From the human T2T-CHM13v2.0 reference genome, Homo sapiens: 64,000 nucleotides of DNA. Below the pieces are notes generated by a model. It was not told where the DNA came from, searched no databases, and worked only from the letters and a program-made list of their open reading frames with translations. The DNA is taken from assembly GCF_009914755.1 (NCBI RefSeq), contig NC_060936.1. One strand, given 5' to 3'. Position numbers and translations under genes: made by a program. Shown here piece by piece: positions 61,881 to 64,000 of this stretch (its first letter is position 1; the number at the start of each line of letters is the position of its first letter).

Positions 61881-62703
61881 GCATACCTGATAACATGTAA
61901 GTCTTTCTACTATGTTACTACCTCTCAGAGGAAAGAACTCTGTCTTTCTCAACTTTAGAGCCTTCAGATTATATAGCAAAGTGGCTATATAGAGAGTCAA
62001 TGTAAAAGGAAGCCATGGAGACTTCTATTCAAGATGATGCTGCAACTGAGGATGTGCTGCAATCTCCCACGCTTTCAAATGTTTGTTCAATTGAATTAAT
62101 CTGAGATTTGTATAAAGTTTGTAAAGCCATGGCTCTTGTATTCCAGTTCTGGAGTGATGCTGTTTTTTAAAGAAGGGTGATAAAAGCAGAAATGTCTATC
62201 TTTATAACACTCTCCAAGTTTTAATGGGGCTGAAAAACGTGGTCCAAAGCAATGTTCATTAAAAATTTCATTCTCTGATCTCTTAGGTTTGTTTTGTTCT
62301 TCTACCTCAAATAAACTCTTATGCATCCTGGTTTGACATCACCATCTTGGTCACCACTTCCTCTCTGCTCCTCTCAACACTGCCCAAGAAGTCTTATCAC
62401 TGTACCACAAGATCCCTGGGGGTGTGAGGTTCCTCTTCTACTTTCATCGATTTTACCTTAAGAATAAACTGATGCATCTTTTTGTCCTTTTCTCTTCTTA
62501 GAGAGCAGGAGAAGAAGAAACAAATGAACTTCTTTATTAATTTTTATGCTGCCAGGCTTAGAATAAGTATTTCTGAGATATATTAGAGATTTCTAAAACA
62601 TTTGCTTGTTTTCTACTCAAAACAACCACTTATACAATATTCCTTTTTGCTCTACCAAGGATAAATTTCACTTACTAAGAATCTCAGGCCTACATATTCT
62701 TCC

Positions 62704-63163
62704 TGAGAATCAGATTCACCATGCACCAATTACTCTATCTCCTGCTTGAGTTCCATGACACAGAACTCTCACAGAACAAGTTAAGGGAAGCAACTTCATT
62801 ACTCATACATAGGCAGCAGGGAACAATAGAAGCACAGGATTTACGGCAAGCTGATCCCCCAAGTCTCAGGAAAGTTTCTGAGGGTGGATGGAGTCTTGTC
62901 TGCAAATACCCCACATCTCACTGCAGCTAAGGAAACCTGAAAACCCAATACCTTGGGTTTTATATCCCGGGGCAATTGCACTCACTGGGCTAAAGCATTG
63001 TAGGTCATTCTGTGGTGGGAGGGACAGAAATGAAGCCCAACCAGTTCCTCTTTATCTCAGAATGTTGCATTTCCAGCACATTCTGCAGTTATTCTTGAGA
63101 ACTGTAAGCAAGAAAGGGGGAAAAAGCTGGGTCACCAAGGTCCATCCAGAGACCTGTCCTGCA
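62704..63163 (-). mobile_element. ERVL-class solo LTR (LTR47-like)
   Basis: Reverse start tgcaggacagg...gttctcaagaataactgcagaatgtgctggaaatgcaacattctgagata; TATA box tataaaaccc. TG...CA ends and perfect 5-bp TSD cttcc at 62699-62703 and 63164-63168. Confidence 0.75.
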
Positions 63164-64000
63164 CTTCCCTGTCTACTTCAGATGTTGTCACTTATGTCTC
63201 TAAAACAGAGCCCCTTAGAACATAAAGGCTTTTGACATAAGACATTTTCTGGAAGTAAAACTGGCTTCTCAAAATTTGTCAAAAGTCAATACAAAACCTT
63301 CTGTGCCTGCTTTAGTGTGCTAGAATTGCCACATTTGCTGCACCAGGAAAAGGAATCTTTTAACTCATTGTTTACCATTCTTATTATGAAAACAGCACAT
63401 AGCACGCATGATAAAAGAATTATTAGCAAAATATAAAGTAAATTAACATTGAATATTTCCACTGATGTCTGCCTGTATATGTGGTACTGTCTATATACTT
63501 CCATGAAAATCAACTATTGCTTAAAGGTTGAGGCTTATATGTAGACCTTAGAAACTGCATTGTGGTTTTCCTCTTCCTTCTGAACCCATCTATCTTCTTT
63601 CTTTTGGAAATTCCCCACCAATTCAAGGGTATTTCTTATGTATTACTTTACTAAATCAAATTAATAAACAATCCAGGAAAATCCTTTATGCAGCCATTTG
63701 TTCTTTATGTTTTCTTTGTCTGATTTTTAAAATAATATAATCTGCTTTGAAATTTTCATCAGGATCATGAAGATTATTTGATCCAAACACTGTTCTGAAA
63801 ATGCAATTTCTAAGAAGCTTAAATAACCCATGCATAATAGAGAGAAAAAAACCACCCGAATATGATGTTTCCTCTCCCTTTTGTGATCTTTCCTCAGTTC
63901 ACAAATATATACTGAAGAACTACTCTGTTCACAGAACTTGGACTTTGTTACTTTGAAACACTGGAATTATTTATTTATTTATTTATTTTTCTACTTTCAA

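Overview
This is AT-rich, CpG-poor primate (human/great ape) genomic DNA, either intronic or intergenic. I can support no host protein-coding exon: every long ORF in the track comes from LINE-1, Alu or chance. Much of the window is transposon-derived. It holds two co-oriented full-length but dead L1s (L1PA7-like 31180-37904 and L1PA2-like 41190-47244, both with TSDs), several truncated or rearranged L1s, seven Alus, MaLR/ERV LTRs, DNA transposons, L2/MIR relics and a tailless U2 snRNA retro-fragment. I see no new gene system. The most notable signals are DNA-repair and recombination scars: (1) apparent gene-conversion tracts between the two neighbouring L1s; (2) a ~270-bp, ~97% identical inverted repeat of apparently unique DNA around a 1.66-kb spacer, with hairpin filler at one junction; (3) a 240-bp post-insertion inverted templated duplication with a 37-bp direct repeat inside the L1PA7 5'UTR; (4) a snap-back templated filler at an Alu/L1 deletion junction. 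Subfamily names and consensus bases are from memory and need RepeatMasker/Dfam confirmation.
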